From NCBI GenBank assembly GCA_047967505.1, contig CM106538.1: a stretch of 64,000 nt of DNA; one strand, written 5' to 3'. The DNA comes from Dipteris shenzhenensis. Its lineage: Eukaryota. The translations under genes and the position numbers were made by a program. This document shows positions 12,690-24,060 of the stretch, piece after piece; position 1 is the first letter of the stretch; each line of letters starts with the position of its first letter. The notes under the pieces were generated by a model, which saw only the letters and a program-made list of their open reading frames with translations, was not told the DNA's origin and did no database searches.

Positions 12690-13325
12690 AGATTAAGATC
12701 CTTGGTACATTAGCAACGGTGCATCATCTCACATGACAAATCATCAAGAATGGTTCACAGAGTTGAAACCATTAGAAGATCAAAAGAATGTCATCTACAT
12801 AGCACATAATACATAGAATCTAGTTCAAGGGATAGACATTATCCCTATGAACAATTTCACTAGTACGAAAGGATTGATGAAAGATGTACTCTACGTTACA
12901 AAGCTCAGCAAAAACCTTTTTTCAATAGGTCAAATGACGGAACACAACTATTGAGTCATCTTCGACGGAGATGAATGCACTATCAGAGACAAATCTAGAA
13001 GATTTCAGCTAGTAGGAAAAGGTGTCAAGGAAGGATGCTTGTATAGAATACTAGCTACAGTACCAGATTTGCATGCCATGTTAGCTCAACTACAACAGAT
13101 GCCACTATTTGCAAAATGGCACAAGAGATATGGTCATGTCAATTTCAAGAGCTTGCTAGATCTCAGGAATTAGAATATGGCAATCGGGATTCCTAAGCTA
13201 CAGTTTCTTGGAAAAGTTTGCAAAGCATGCTGCTTTGGCAAACAAAAGCGAACCAACTTTGGTAGAAGCACCTCTTGAGCACGAGATATTCTTGATTTGA
13301 TACATGCAGATGTATGGGGTTATGC
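12690..13325 (+). mobile_element. Ty1/Copia fragment of a different family (protease, GAG-pre-integrase, start of integrase)
   Basis: WYISNGASSHMTNHQEWF, KWHKRYGHVNF, ACCFGKQ and LDLIHAD motifs on plus. Confidence 0.8.
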
Positions 13326-13358
13326 CTAGCATTAGGAAAAAAAGGGAGCTCATTTTGG

Positions 13359-16300
13359 GGTCGAAGAGAGTGGGAGAGAAGGAAGGAGTCTCACTTGCAG
13401 CTTTCTCACATACACAATCAGGGACTATACACAAAGGTGGAGGCTGAAAACAATTTTCCTCTTCTTAGTTGTGAAAGCCAAAAGAACTCTAAGTACAAAA
13501 GAATAGGTGAACCCTATATGTGGGTCTCAAACCAAACTTAGCTAACTAAGGTGGCATACTAACTGAGCCACTAACTAGAGTACATAAAGATAGTTGTCGT
13601 CCAGTTATTATTCATGGGCGGTGTACCAACCGCATCTGTAGCTAACAAGTCAGTGAGATAAATGCACAACGGTCACCCTCGCATATCACGAGTGGAGCTC
13701 GATATCTCAACACTCCCCCTCAAGCTCAATCCCAATTTCTACACACCAAGTAGGTCTGTGAACTTGCGCATCTTCTCTGCACCCTATGCCTTTGTGAATA
13801 TGTCAGCTACCTGATCCTCTGTGCTGACATAAACTAGATCAATAAAACCTACTAGAACCTTCTCCTGCACATAGTCATAATGCACCTCAATGTGCTTTGT
13901 TCTAGCATCATAGACTGGGTTATTTGCCAAGTGTATAGTGCTCATGTTGTCACAATAAATGACAACTGGCCCATCTGTAGACTGATGCATATCATAAAGT
14001 ATCTTATGCAACCAAGCTAACTCACATGCAGCCAATGCTGCACCCTTGTACTTAGCCTCTATGCTCGACAAGGCAACTGTAGGCTGTTTCTTGCTGCTCA
14101 AAGTGACTGCATCACTCCCAAAAGAGAACATTAATCCACTTGTAGATCGTCTATTAGAAATACTACCAGCCCAATCAACATCAGTGTATCCATGCAACTG
14201 TATCTGAACCCTAGTCTCATAAAATACTCCATACTGCAATGTGGACTTCACATACCTCAGTATGCGTCTAGCCGCATCCAAATGCGATTTCCTTGGAGCC
14301 TACATAAACTGACTTACCAATCCAACACATAGCTCAAATCTGGCCTGGTAATAGTCATATAAATCAAACTTTCTACTATGCGTCTGTACATAGTAGGGTA
14401 TTCCAGAAGCTTACCTGCATCTACACTCAACTTCAATTCTGCTCCAAAGGAACTGAAATACGCTTACAGCCTGTCATCCCATATTTGGATAGCATGTCCA
14501 ATCCATATTGCCTCTGCAAGAGTGGTATCCCACTTGTGGATCTAATCACCTCAATGCCCAAGAAGTAACACAGCTCTCCCAAATCCTTCATCTCAAACTT
14601 CTGCTTCAATAGCATTTTCACATGAAGGATATCTTCATCACTATCACTTGTGATGATCAAATCATCAACATAAATGACAAGCAGCATAATGCCTTTCTCT
14701 GTTTTTCTTACATAAAGTGAGAAATATGCCTTGGAAATTTGAAAGCCAATAGTGACAAGATACTATCCTATCTTGTCAGACCATGCTCTTGGTGCTTGAT
14801 TCAAGTCATACAAGGCTTTCTTCAACCTACAAACAAACTCAGGATGAACATCATGAACATAACATGGTGGCTGCTCCATATAGACCTCTTCCTGCAAATC
14901 ACCATGTAAGAAAGCATTCTTTACATCCATCTGATGTAAAGACCATCCCTTTGATGCAGCCATAGCAATGACTGCTCTTACGGTTGCCATCCTTGCAATT
15001 GGACTGAATGTTTCTTCATAATCAATGCCATATGTCTGTGCATACCCCTTGACAACTAATCTTGCCTTGTAGCTGTTCATAGAACCATTTGCATTGTGCT
15101 TCACCTTATAAACCCACTTGTAGCTAATTGCATTCTTGTCTTTAGGCAAAGGCACCAATTCCCATGTAGCATTTGCTTCCAAGGCATCCATTTCTTCATC
15201 GATGGCTTTCTACCATTTTTCTTTTCCCATGGCTTGCTCAAAAGAAGTGGGTTCTGGTTCATTATCACTTTGACCATATAGGCATAGTGAAGCATTGTAA
15301 ATCCATCATATTTCAGCATATCCACAGGATACCTAGCTCTGGTAGACGTGTGCAAAATAGGCTCACTACTAGGTGCTCTCAAAACAGCCCTTGTCTTCCT
15401 TACTCTAGGTGTAACAATAGAAGGAATACCCAACTCATCATCAAGGCTATGTTCTGAGTGACTGGATTCACCATGCACATCAGAGTGACCTGCATTCACA
15501 TCAACCATGGGCTGATCTACTTTCTCTTTTGCTTTTCGTGATACTTACATACCACTATCTGCATTGCTCTGAGGAGATCCTCTTGATCTCAATTTGCCTG
15601 TCCATGGCGAAGTATGTGAACCACTACTAGAGGACACTATAGGTCCACTAATATTTTGTGATTGCTGTTGTGAATTCTATGCAGCATTACCATTTTGTGC
15701 ATCTACATCATCAATCACATTTACTAGTTTATACCAGCTGCTCATCTAATAAAAAACAACATCTCTGCTCACTGTGAACTTACGAGTAGAAGGGTTATAG
15801 CATCTATACCCTTTCTCCTGCAAAGAATAACCAATAAAAATGCACTTCTCAGCTTTTGGATCCAACTTGCATCTGGCACATGAACATAGGCAATGCAACC
15901 AAAAACTTTCAAATGAGAAATATCTGGTTTCCTACCAGTATACCTCTCCTCTGGCATCATGACATGTATTGTTGTAGTGGGAGTCCTGTTCATTATGTAT
16001 AGTATTGTAGCAATTGCTTCAACCCAATAATAATCTGGCAGGTCTTTTTCATTGAGCATGGCACGAGATAGCTCTCCAATATGTTTGTTTTTCCTTTCTG
16101 CAAGTCCATTTTGCTATGGGGTATGACTACATGAATATTGCTGCTTTATGCCATGCTCCTGTAGGAAACTTGCAAACTCATCTGAGAGGTACTCTCCCCC
16201 TCCATCTGACCTTAGGCATTTTATTTGCAGGCCTGTTTCTTTTTCAACCATAGCTTTAAAAGCTTTGAAATGCCCGAATACTTCTTTTTTCTTTTTCATA

Positions 16301-16587
16301 AAATACGCCCAAACTTTTTCTATTGTAGTCATCAATAAAAGTGACAAAATAATGACAGCCTCCAATAGATGCAGCTTTAATAGTCCACACATCAGAGTGG
16401 ATTAATTCCAATGGCCTCTTACTCTCTTGAACATGTCTAGGAAATGGTTTGCTTGCATGTTTTCCCAATTGACAGGCTTCACATACCTTATGTATTTTTG
16501 CAACCTTGAACTTAGGCAATCCTGCAATAATATTTTGGGCCTGCATTAATTTAAGTCATTGTACATTAACATGACCAATGCATTTAC
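13359..16587 (-). mobile_element. Ty1/Copia copy B: 3' LTR 13359-13712, PPT, RH, RT, INT; 5'-truncated
   Basis: [35 protein letters not shown] and HSDVW motifs; same family as copy A. Confidence 0.95.
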
Positions 16588-16589
16588 AC

Positions 16590-16851
16590 AAACACTCATG
16601 TGACTCCCCTAGATGCACACATGCACCATAGAGCAAGCCCTTGATCATACTTATCCCAACAATGTATTATGAAAGTTTCAAGATGGCTATGAAAGAGTTT
16701 ATGCCATTAATGGTGGTAAAAGCATGGGGGGAGTCGCACATTATGCATTATATTATGGTACTCTTGGAACCATTGTAATATTTAGCACTTGCTTTATAAA
16801 TAGTTTTTGCTGCTCTTGAAATGATTCTCATCATGTCTGTAGCATATTCTC
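16590..16851 (+). pseudogene. Fragment of a second RAG1/Transib-like transposase
   Basis: YYESFKMAMKEFMPLMVVKAWGESHIMHYIM|gt..ag|HLLY matches YYDRFKIALGDFISLMVEAWGESHITHYI|gt..ag|HILY at 3522-3675 (minus), with the same intron position. Confidence 0.75.
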
Positions 16852-18325
16852 TGTGAAGAGAGTGGGAGAGAAGTAAGGAGTCTCACTTGCAGCTTTCCCA
16901 CATACACAATGGGGGAATACACACAAAGGTGGAGGCTAAAAACAATTTTCCTGTTCTTAGTTGTAAAAGCCAAAAGAACTCTCTCTCAGTACAAAAGGAA
17001 TAGGTGAACCCTATATGTGGGTCTCAAACCAAACCCAGCTAACCTAGGTGGCATACTAATTGAGCCACTAACTAGAGTACATAAAGATAGCTATCATCCA
17101 GCTATTATTCATGGGTGGTGTACCAATCGCATCTGCAGCTAACAAGTCGGTGACATAAATGCGCAACGTTCACCCTGGCATATCATGAGTGGAGCTCGAT
17201 ATCTCAACACTCCCCCTCGAGCTCAATTCCAATTCTTGCATACCAAGCAGGTCTCTGAAGTTGCGTAGCTTCTCTATGCCCAATGCCTTCATGAATGTGT
17301 CAGCTACATGATCCTTTGTGCTAACATAAACTAGATCAATAAAACCTACTAGAACTTCTCCCGCACATAGTGATAATGCACCTTAATGTGCTTTGTTCTA
17401 GCATGCTAGACTGGGTTATTTTCCAAGTGTATACTGCTCATGTTGTCACAATAAATGACAACTGGCCCATTTGTAGACTGATGCATATCATAAAGTAGCT
17501 TACACAACCAAGCTACCTCACATGTAGCCATTGTTGCACCCTTGTACTCAGCCTCTGTGCTCGACAAGGCAACTGTAGGCTATTTCTTGCTGCTCCAAGT
17601 GACTGCAACACTCCCAAAAGAGAACACATATCCACTGGTAGATCATCTATCAGAAATACTACCAGCCCCAGTGTATCCATGCAGCTGTATCTGAACCCCA
17701 GTCTCATAAAATAGTCCATACTGCAATGTGGACTTCACATACCTCAGTATGTGTCTAGCCACATCCAAATGCAGTTTCCTTGGAACCAGCATAAACTGAC
17801 TTACCAACCCAACATCATAGCTCAAATTTGACCTAGTAATAGTCATATAAATCAAACTTCCTACTATACATCTATTCATAGTAGGGTCTTCCAGAAGCTC
17901 ACCTGCATCTGCGCTCAACTTCACATTCTGCTCCAAAGGAATTGAAATATGCTTACAGCTTGTCATCCCATATTTGGATAGCATGTCCAATCCATACTGC
18001 CTCTATAAGAGCCATATCCCACTTGTGGATCTAATCACCTCAATGCCCAAGAAGTAGCACAGCTCTCCCAAATCCTTCATCTCAAACTTCTGCTTCAATA
18101 CCATTTTCACATGAAGGATATCTTCATCACTATCACCTGTGATGATCAAATCATCAACATAAATGACAAGCAGCATAATGCCTTTCTCTGTTTTTCTCAC
18201 ATAAAGTGAGAAATTGGCCTTGGAAATCTAAAAGCTAATAGAGACAAGATACTGTCCTATCTTGTCAGACCATGCTCTAGGTGCTTGCTTCAAGCCATAC
18301 TAGGCTGTCTTCAACCTGTAAAGAA
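16852..18325 (-). mobile_element. Ty1/Copia copy C: 3' LTR 16852-17209, PPT, RH and part of RT; 5'-truncated
   Basis: Same LTR and PPT as copies A and B; YVDDL; breaks off within RT at about 18325. Confidence 0.95.
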
Positions 18326-18329
18326 ACTC

Positions 18330-19103
18330 ACCTTCCCCTCAGCCTGCCCCTCAACCTTCCCCTCAGCCTTCCCCTCAGCCTTCCCGTCGGCCTTCCCCTC
18401 CCCATGAGAGCACTCCCCTGATCGAGCAAAATATATTTGAGAATCTCCCTTCCCTTCAGCCTCCCCCTCCCCATGAGAGGACTCCCCTGCACAAGCAAAA
18501 TGTATTTGATAAACTCCCTAATATAGAGAGGCTTCCTGAGGGCCAACAAACTACTAGGAAGATCACAATCTTCCTCTCTTAGTGAAGAGGGTAAAGCAGA
18601 TGCCGAGGAATCCCCATCCCAAAGAAGGACAAAGCTCAAGACATCCGTGAGAGGGGGATTCAGAGGAGGATCAACATAAAGAAGAGAAGCGTAAGAAATT
18701 CAAGGCAGACAGGAGGCCATCGAACCATGTTCGGGTACCTGTAAAGCCTCCACCAAGAATCAGGAAGCCATACAAAACAAAGGCAGGAGCACGGGTCCTA
18801 AGGTAGATCAAACAGATGTAGAAGACCACTGACAACCTAATCTCCCGTGCTCCCTTCCAATGTGTGGTATGGGAGATAGCACAAGGATACAAGGACGATG
18901 TGTGATTCAGCACAGGATCTATGGGGGCACTCCAAGAGGCTACGGAGCAAGTGACCATTGCTTTGTTTGAGGACACCAACTTGTGTGCCATCTATGCAAA
19001 GTGTGTCACGATCATGGACAAGGGACATGGCTTTGCCGAAGCGGCTATGGGGTTACCCAAGGTTGAAGCCTGAGATTCTCTTACAGCCCACCCTTATGAC
19101 TTA
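18330..19103 (+). pseudogene. Divergent histone H3-fold pseudogene with a long Pro-rich/charged N-terminal extension
   Basis: From 18762: [84 protein letters not shown](+1)[10 protein letters not shown], colinear with H3 [50 protein letters not shown]...[30 protein letters not shown]. Not listed in the ORF track because of the stops. Confidence 0.9.
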
Positions 19104-19605
19104 GACCACCCTCTGCCCTTGAAGACACTAGATTCTTGTATATGAGGCCCAGGGCCAATCTTTTTAATAAAATATATCCACATTCTCTACACTATCGCAT
19201 TGTTGTGTATTCTCCATGTTTATGACTGAAATTACTATTCATTTCAATGTAAGTTTGGAATTCTATCAAATCTTGAAGGAATTTCACCATCGCATAGATA
19301 TCCAAGATGTTGCTAGGAGCCTAGAAAGCCTAAAACCCGCCACGGCGTGAATTTGGACATTCAAATTTGTGCCATGGCAGGTTTTAGGCTTTCTAGGCTC
19401 TTGGTGACATCCCAAACACTTTTCCCTTCTGCGTCATGATGAAATTTCTCCAGGATTTGATAGAAATGAACTTTCGATACCCAGAATTGGTGAAAATGAT
19501 ACTAAAATATTATGAATTCATGATGAGCAATGATAACTTAAAACATATAATAAAGACATGTCGTTAAGTATCAATTGAAATATATGTTTATATATACAAA
19601 AGGCC

Positions 19606-21079
19606 TCACAGGCTATCTTTCTTCTTGGCTAGTTTGAGTACATTGAGAATAGGGGTCTTTGAATCCCCTAGTGGATTCCTAGATATAAACCTAGCCACAA
19701 CAGCACTAACATCCTCATCTCCTACTACCAAAGACATAGCTATTGCCGTCAATGCCCTACCATAAATGTTCGATCCAAAGGCATTGATAGCAGCCAGGTA
19801 GTGTACCAAAATGACTTTGTCGGCATTCCGAGTAATGTTGGAGTATCTGATAGCTCGAGTTTGATAGTACGCGACAATGCCTTGCACTTCAATAGCTTTG
19901 AAGGACCTCGAGGAGAAAATTTGTTGTGGAAGACCACGATGTGCTCTGCGACTTTGCCAAGGTAATGGGCCAAAGAATGATCTCGCCCAAATGCACTACG
20001 AACATTACCCCATCGAGATGAGAATTCATCAAGCTCAAACGCATCGTGTAACAATTCAACAAGCATTAGAATACCGACAACAAATTATACTGAAAGAACA
20101 TCAAAATAAAAAATATTGTTCGAACCTACCACTATAGCATCGTTGGCTTCTATCCCTTCCTCATTTGCAATGTTGATGGAACCAGGTGCTGATGCTCCAT
20201 TTGGGAGGTGGATGCTTTCTCCTGACCTGTGTTGGAGGTAGAAGCTTCTACATGAGAGGGATATGCATCATATATGGACATGTCTGCATCCCTCATTGAA
20301 ACCAGCGTCATCAAGAGAAACTCTTCCATTGTCTGGTCTTTAGAACCAAAAACCTCGGGATCTTTGACACTTGTGTCAACATCGAACCTAGATAGGACTC
20401 CAAGTGTCTCATCCTCTCATAGTCCAAAAAGAACCTCTATGTCATGGAGGAATACGTACTCTTCTCCATCGATGATGAGGGGGGAAGGGGACCATAATTT
20501 TGATTCTAGGTCAGTGGTCTCCGATGTAGATTCTTGCTTTACTAGGGGCTCTTGAAGTAGGCTCAATGCTTGAGCTGCTTCTAGCTCCTCTCTTGCATCA
20601 TCAAGACTCTCTTCCATGTATATGTCCGAGTCTAGTCTAGGGATGAGCAGATCAACAGTTCTACTAGAGGGGGGGCTAGACGATGAGGCTTCTTCCTCTA
20701 AATTTCCTTCTTGGAGAAGGAAGATGAATGTCATCTCCCATGAAAGGAATTTTGTGCCTATATTTCCCGTGATCCCCACGTCTAGGATGTCTTTAACTTT
20801 GACCATCCTAAACCCTTCCTCTGTAAGGTTGTCACAAAAGTGGGCCAAGTGCTTTACAAACTTGGGTTCCTCTAGGAACAGATACTTTATGTAATCTATG
20901 GGAAACCATCTCTTTGAAGAGTGGTCAAGTGTATAAACAAAATTTGAGAAATTATCTTGCATGTAGAGGATGAGATCTAAGAAATAATCCTTGGCTTGCA
21001 TATATGTGCCTAAGACATCTAAAGTCCTATCAAACACTAGAAATAGCCCTTCCTCACACAATCTGCAAATGCAATTCAT
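19606..21079 (-). pseudogene. Uncharacterised ORF remnants (220 aa at 20417-21079; frameshifted 19606-20100), probable transposon cargo
   Basis: Long protein-like open frames downstream of a TATATAT/AACCCTAA-type upstream segment at about 21230; no domain recognised. Confidence 0.4.
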
Positions 21080-21338
21080 GAGATGAAGTAATGGAACATA
21101 GTTCTAATTGAATCTAGGGCAAATAGCAGCAGCAGCTGATGGAGGGAGTAACTTTTGAGGGGGGGAGTTTCTATGGCTCTCTAAACGTGAAAGTGAGAAT
21201 GTGATGTAAAAAGGGCTCTAACCCCTTAATATATATCAAAACCCTAAAAATTGAAATTAATCATAAAATCCCCAAATTTTTTGAAAAACATTTACCATGA
21301 ACTGAAAGGAGATAACATTAAAAGAAATAACTTTTAAT

Positions 21339-21950
21339 TTAATTGTCCATCATCTTTTGAAGCAATAACCAGGATTTGACAAACAAAAAATTAAATGCTA
21401 CACTAATCTTCAAAGTGCAATCCATGTCTTTAAGTTGTGGTGGTGCAATGGTTTGTAGACGGCCATAGCTTGATGATATCGTTGGAGTGATATATGTTGC
21501 ATTATACCAATACACATTCTTCATTTGCAAGGAGGCCAACTTCTCCCCGACATGCATTTGCTTACATAAATCCTCATGAATCGCAGTGAGCTTGCCTATG
21601 AATGATTCAACTAGTTCCCATTCCTTGAAGTCCGAAGGGAAAACATCTGCCACCATGAATAAGAGCTCTTAGAAACCAAACACAAAATTTCCAAATGGAC
21701 TCATTACACTTATAGGTGAAAAAGGTACATAGATGGAAAGGCTCACAGTGTGATGGTATCCTAGATTGATTGAATGATGGAGGAAACTGCATATCTTTTC
21801 CCGTGTAAACATGTTGCACTTTTGCAAGCCATCCTTTCTTCCCAAACTTGAACTTCAAGATGTGCCCCTTCCACTCATGCAAGATCTCACCTCTCTTGCT
21901 CTTGGGAAGCTTATGTGGACCTTTGGCCAATCCTTTCATCACTATCCAAT
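21339..21950 (-). pseudogene. Spliced gene remnant with BAH-like motifs
   Basis: EWKGHILKFKF...AKVQHVYTGKDM, then a probable GT-AG intron (about 21647-21746), then DVFPSDFKEWELVESFIGKLTAIHE...VYWYNATY; resembles BAH ELF.S...D.I...SI.GKC.V. Confidence 0.35.
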
Positions 21951-22140
21951 CATTTATGTTATACACAGAGCAAATCCAACAGAGGCACAAAAGAGGGAGA
22001 AGGAGAGGGATAGAGCAGCAGCAATAGAGGCACAGGAGAGGGAGAAGGAGAGGGACAGAGCATCTCCAATAGAGGCACAAAAGAGGGAGATGGAGAAGGA
22101 TAGAGTAGCACCAATAGAGGCACAGGAGAGGGAGAGGGTG

Positions 22141-22142
<2 letters not shown>

Positions 22143-22226
<84 letters not shown>
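22143..22226. repeat. (GA)n microsatellite, preceded by three degenerate ~45-bp repeats (21980-22140)
   Basis: About 40 GA units; AGAGGCACA(A/G)(A/G)AGAGGGAGA recurs. Confidence 0.95.
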
Positions 22227-22369
22227 GGAGCTGTAGCAAGCAGGCCAGAGCAGGAGGGAGCAGAGAAAGAGGGGGAACAGGGAAAATGCATGGGATTTGG
22301 CAGGCTAGACTAGAACACTGGGGGGCAAAATCCCTATAAAGAGGGAGGGGAGAAGGAAAATTCGCCAGA

Positions 22370-22659
22370 AGGGCCCTACCATCCCATTGAAGGTAGTTTT
22401 GGGCTCATGTGGGGGAGGTGCACCTCATAGGAGGGTCAAACATGGGTTAAGAGGGTAGGGATGGTTTGGGTGGTCCCTAGTGTAAGGGGAGCAATCAATA
22501 GGGGCTATCTACTACAGGCCTTCCCATCCTCCACCTCAACATACCATTGCCCCACACCTTCTAGCACTTTCATTGGTATACCTCAAATCACTCTCTAATC
22601 CCTTGAAATTATGAAACACTAATTGGAGGCTCTTTTGAGACCCCATTTCTCCCCTAATG
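22370..22659 (-). mobile_element. Putative DNA-transposon terminus, copy 2
   Basis: GAGGCTCTTTTGAGACCCCATTTCTCCCCTAATG ends at 22659; also shares GGCCC(T/C)..C..CATTGA with about 5888-5905. Confidence 0.5.
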
Positions 22660-23109
22660 AATATCTGACATCCAAACATGCAACCTCATAGAGAATGTGG
22701 GTAGTGCATTGGCCATTGTGAAAAAAAAAAAACTCCAAAGATTAGTTGTCTCTAAAGAACAGTGCATTATCTATTATGATGATTTATAATCAAGGCATTC
22801 ACTTATCAAAGGTCTCACAAGTCCTTAAAGTTCCAAGTTGTAGCTTGTATCATGCAATATTTAGAATGCATGCCTAGGCTGATGATGTTAATGGGTCTTG
22901 TTCTAAGTTGAAAGTAACACCACACTAGCCCATTCATCAATGAAACAAAGGAGATTGTACCCTTATTTTGGGAGGCTAAGATAGGTGTTTCCGCAATAAT
23001 GATGTTTTCCAAAAAAATAGCCGACAAAAGAATCACATGAAGCACCCAGTATGCCTACACAATGAGCCTTATGTACAAACTTGTAAAGTGCATTATACAT
23101 GAAGCACAT

Positions 23110-24060
23110 TATGTTGTGGTTACCATTGTCATATGCTAGTTAGCACCTGATGTGTTGGTTACTATTGTCATATGCTAGTTAGCACTTGAAATGCCAATGG
23201 AGACTATCTTATGCTAGTTAATACTTGCAAAGCTTGATAGTGCCTAGTTGTCTAGTTACCATTGACATATGCTACATGGATGTTTTTATTGAAGCTCTAC
23301 TTATATATTAATGTAAAATCCAAGAAAAAGTTTATCAATCTAGTTTTTTTAGTTTCATAATATTGATGGAGCATAGTACAATTTTATATATTTTCTTTTG
23401 AATTTTGAAGTGAAAGATGTAAATCTTGGCAAAACTTTACTTTTTTCCATAGAAAAGTTTCAAATCCAAACGAACATTTTAAACATTTATATTTATTAGG
23501 GCATACAAACTTTTGATACCATTTTAAAAAGTTCCACTTTTTAACAAAACTACATGAAAAAATCAGCTATGTTCTAGTATGCTAAGATTTACAAGTGTCA
23601 TATGTTGGTTACCACTATCATATGGTGGTTACTACTCTCACTTCTACCTATTTACCATTGTCATATGGTAGTTAAAAATGCTTGTTAGCACTGTAATAAT
23701 TTCTAGGCACCTACATTGCTAGTTACAATTTACCACTATTATATGCTTGAGAGAATAGGCAATGTTGGTTAACATGTCATATGCTAGTCATCAGTAGTAG
23801 TGGTCCTACTAGCTCCCACCATCACACTCAAGCTAGCATGTGCATTCTAGTTAGCACTTGCAATGCTATGCTAGTCAAAACTTGCAATGCTATGCTAGTC
23901 AAAACTTGCAATGCTATGCTAGTTGGCACCTACAATGCTGGTTAGCAATTGGAGTAATGTTGGTTAATATCTACAATGTTATGTTAGTTAGGACCTGCAG
24001 TATTGGTTACCACTAGAATGCTGTGTTGGCTAGCACCTGTAATGCTAGTTAGTACTTTCA
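23110..24060. repeat. Degenerate satellite built on ATGCTAGTTAGCAC / GTTACCA motifs
   Basis: Recurring motif, including a 24-bp unit CTTGCAATGCTATGCTAGTCAAAA at about 2.8 copies (23857-23923). Confidence 0.75.

Noticed and set aside
8826-13712. One intact Copia bounded by LTR A and LTR B
   Set aside because: LTR B has no PBS on its inner side, has its own PPT and RNase H region on the other side, and unrelated plus-strand fragments intervene
18762-19060. CENH3 gene
   Set aside because: Loop 1 has canonical length and the H3-type residues Q68 (PFQ), F84 and T107 (EDTN) are retained; CENH3 usually changes these
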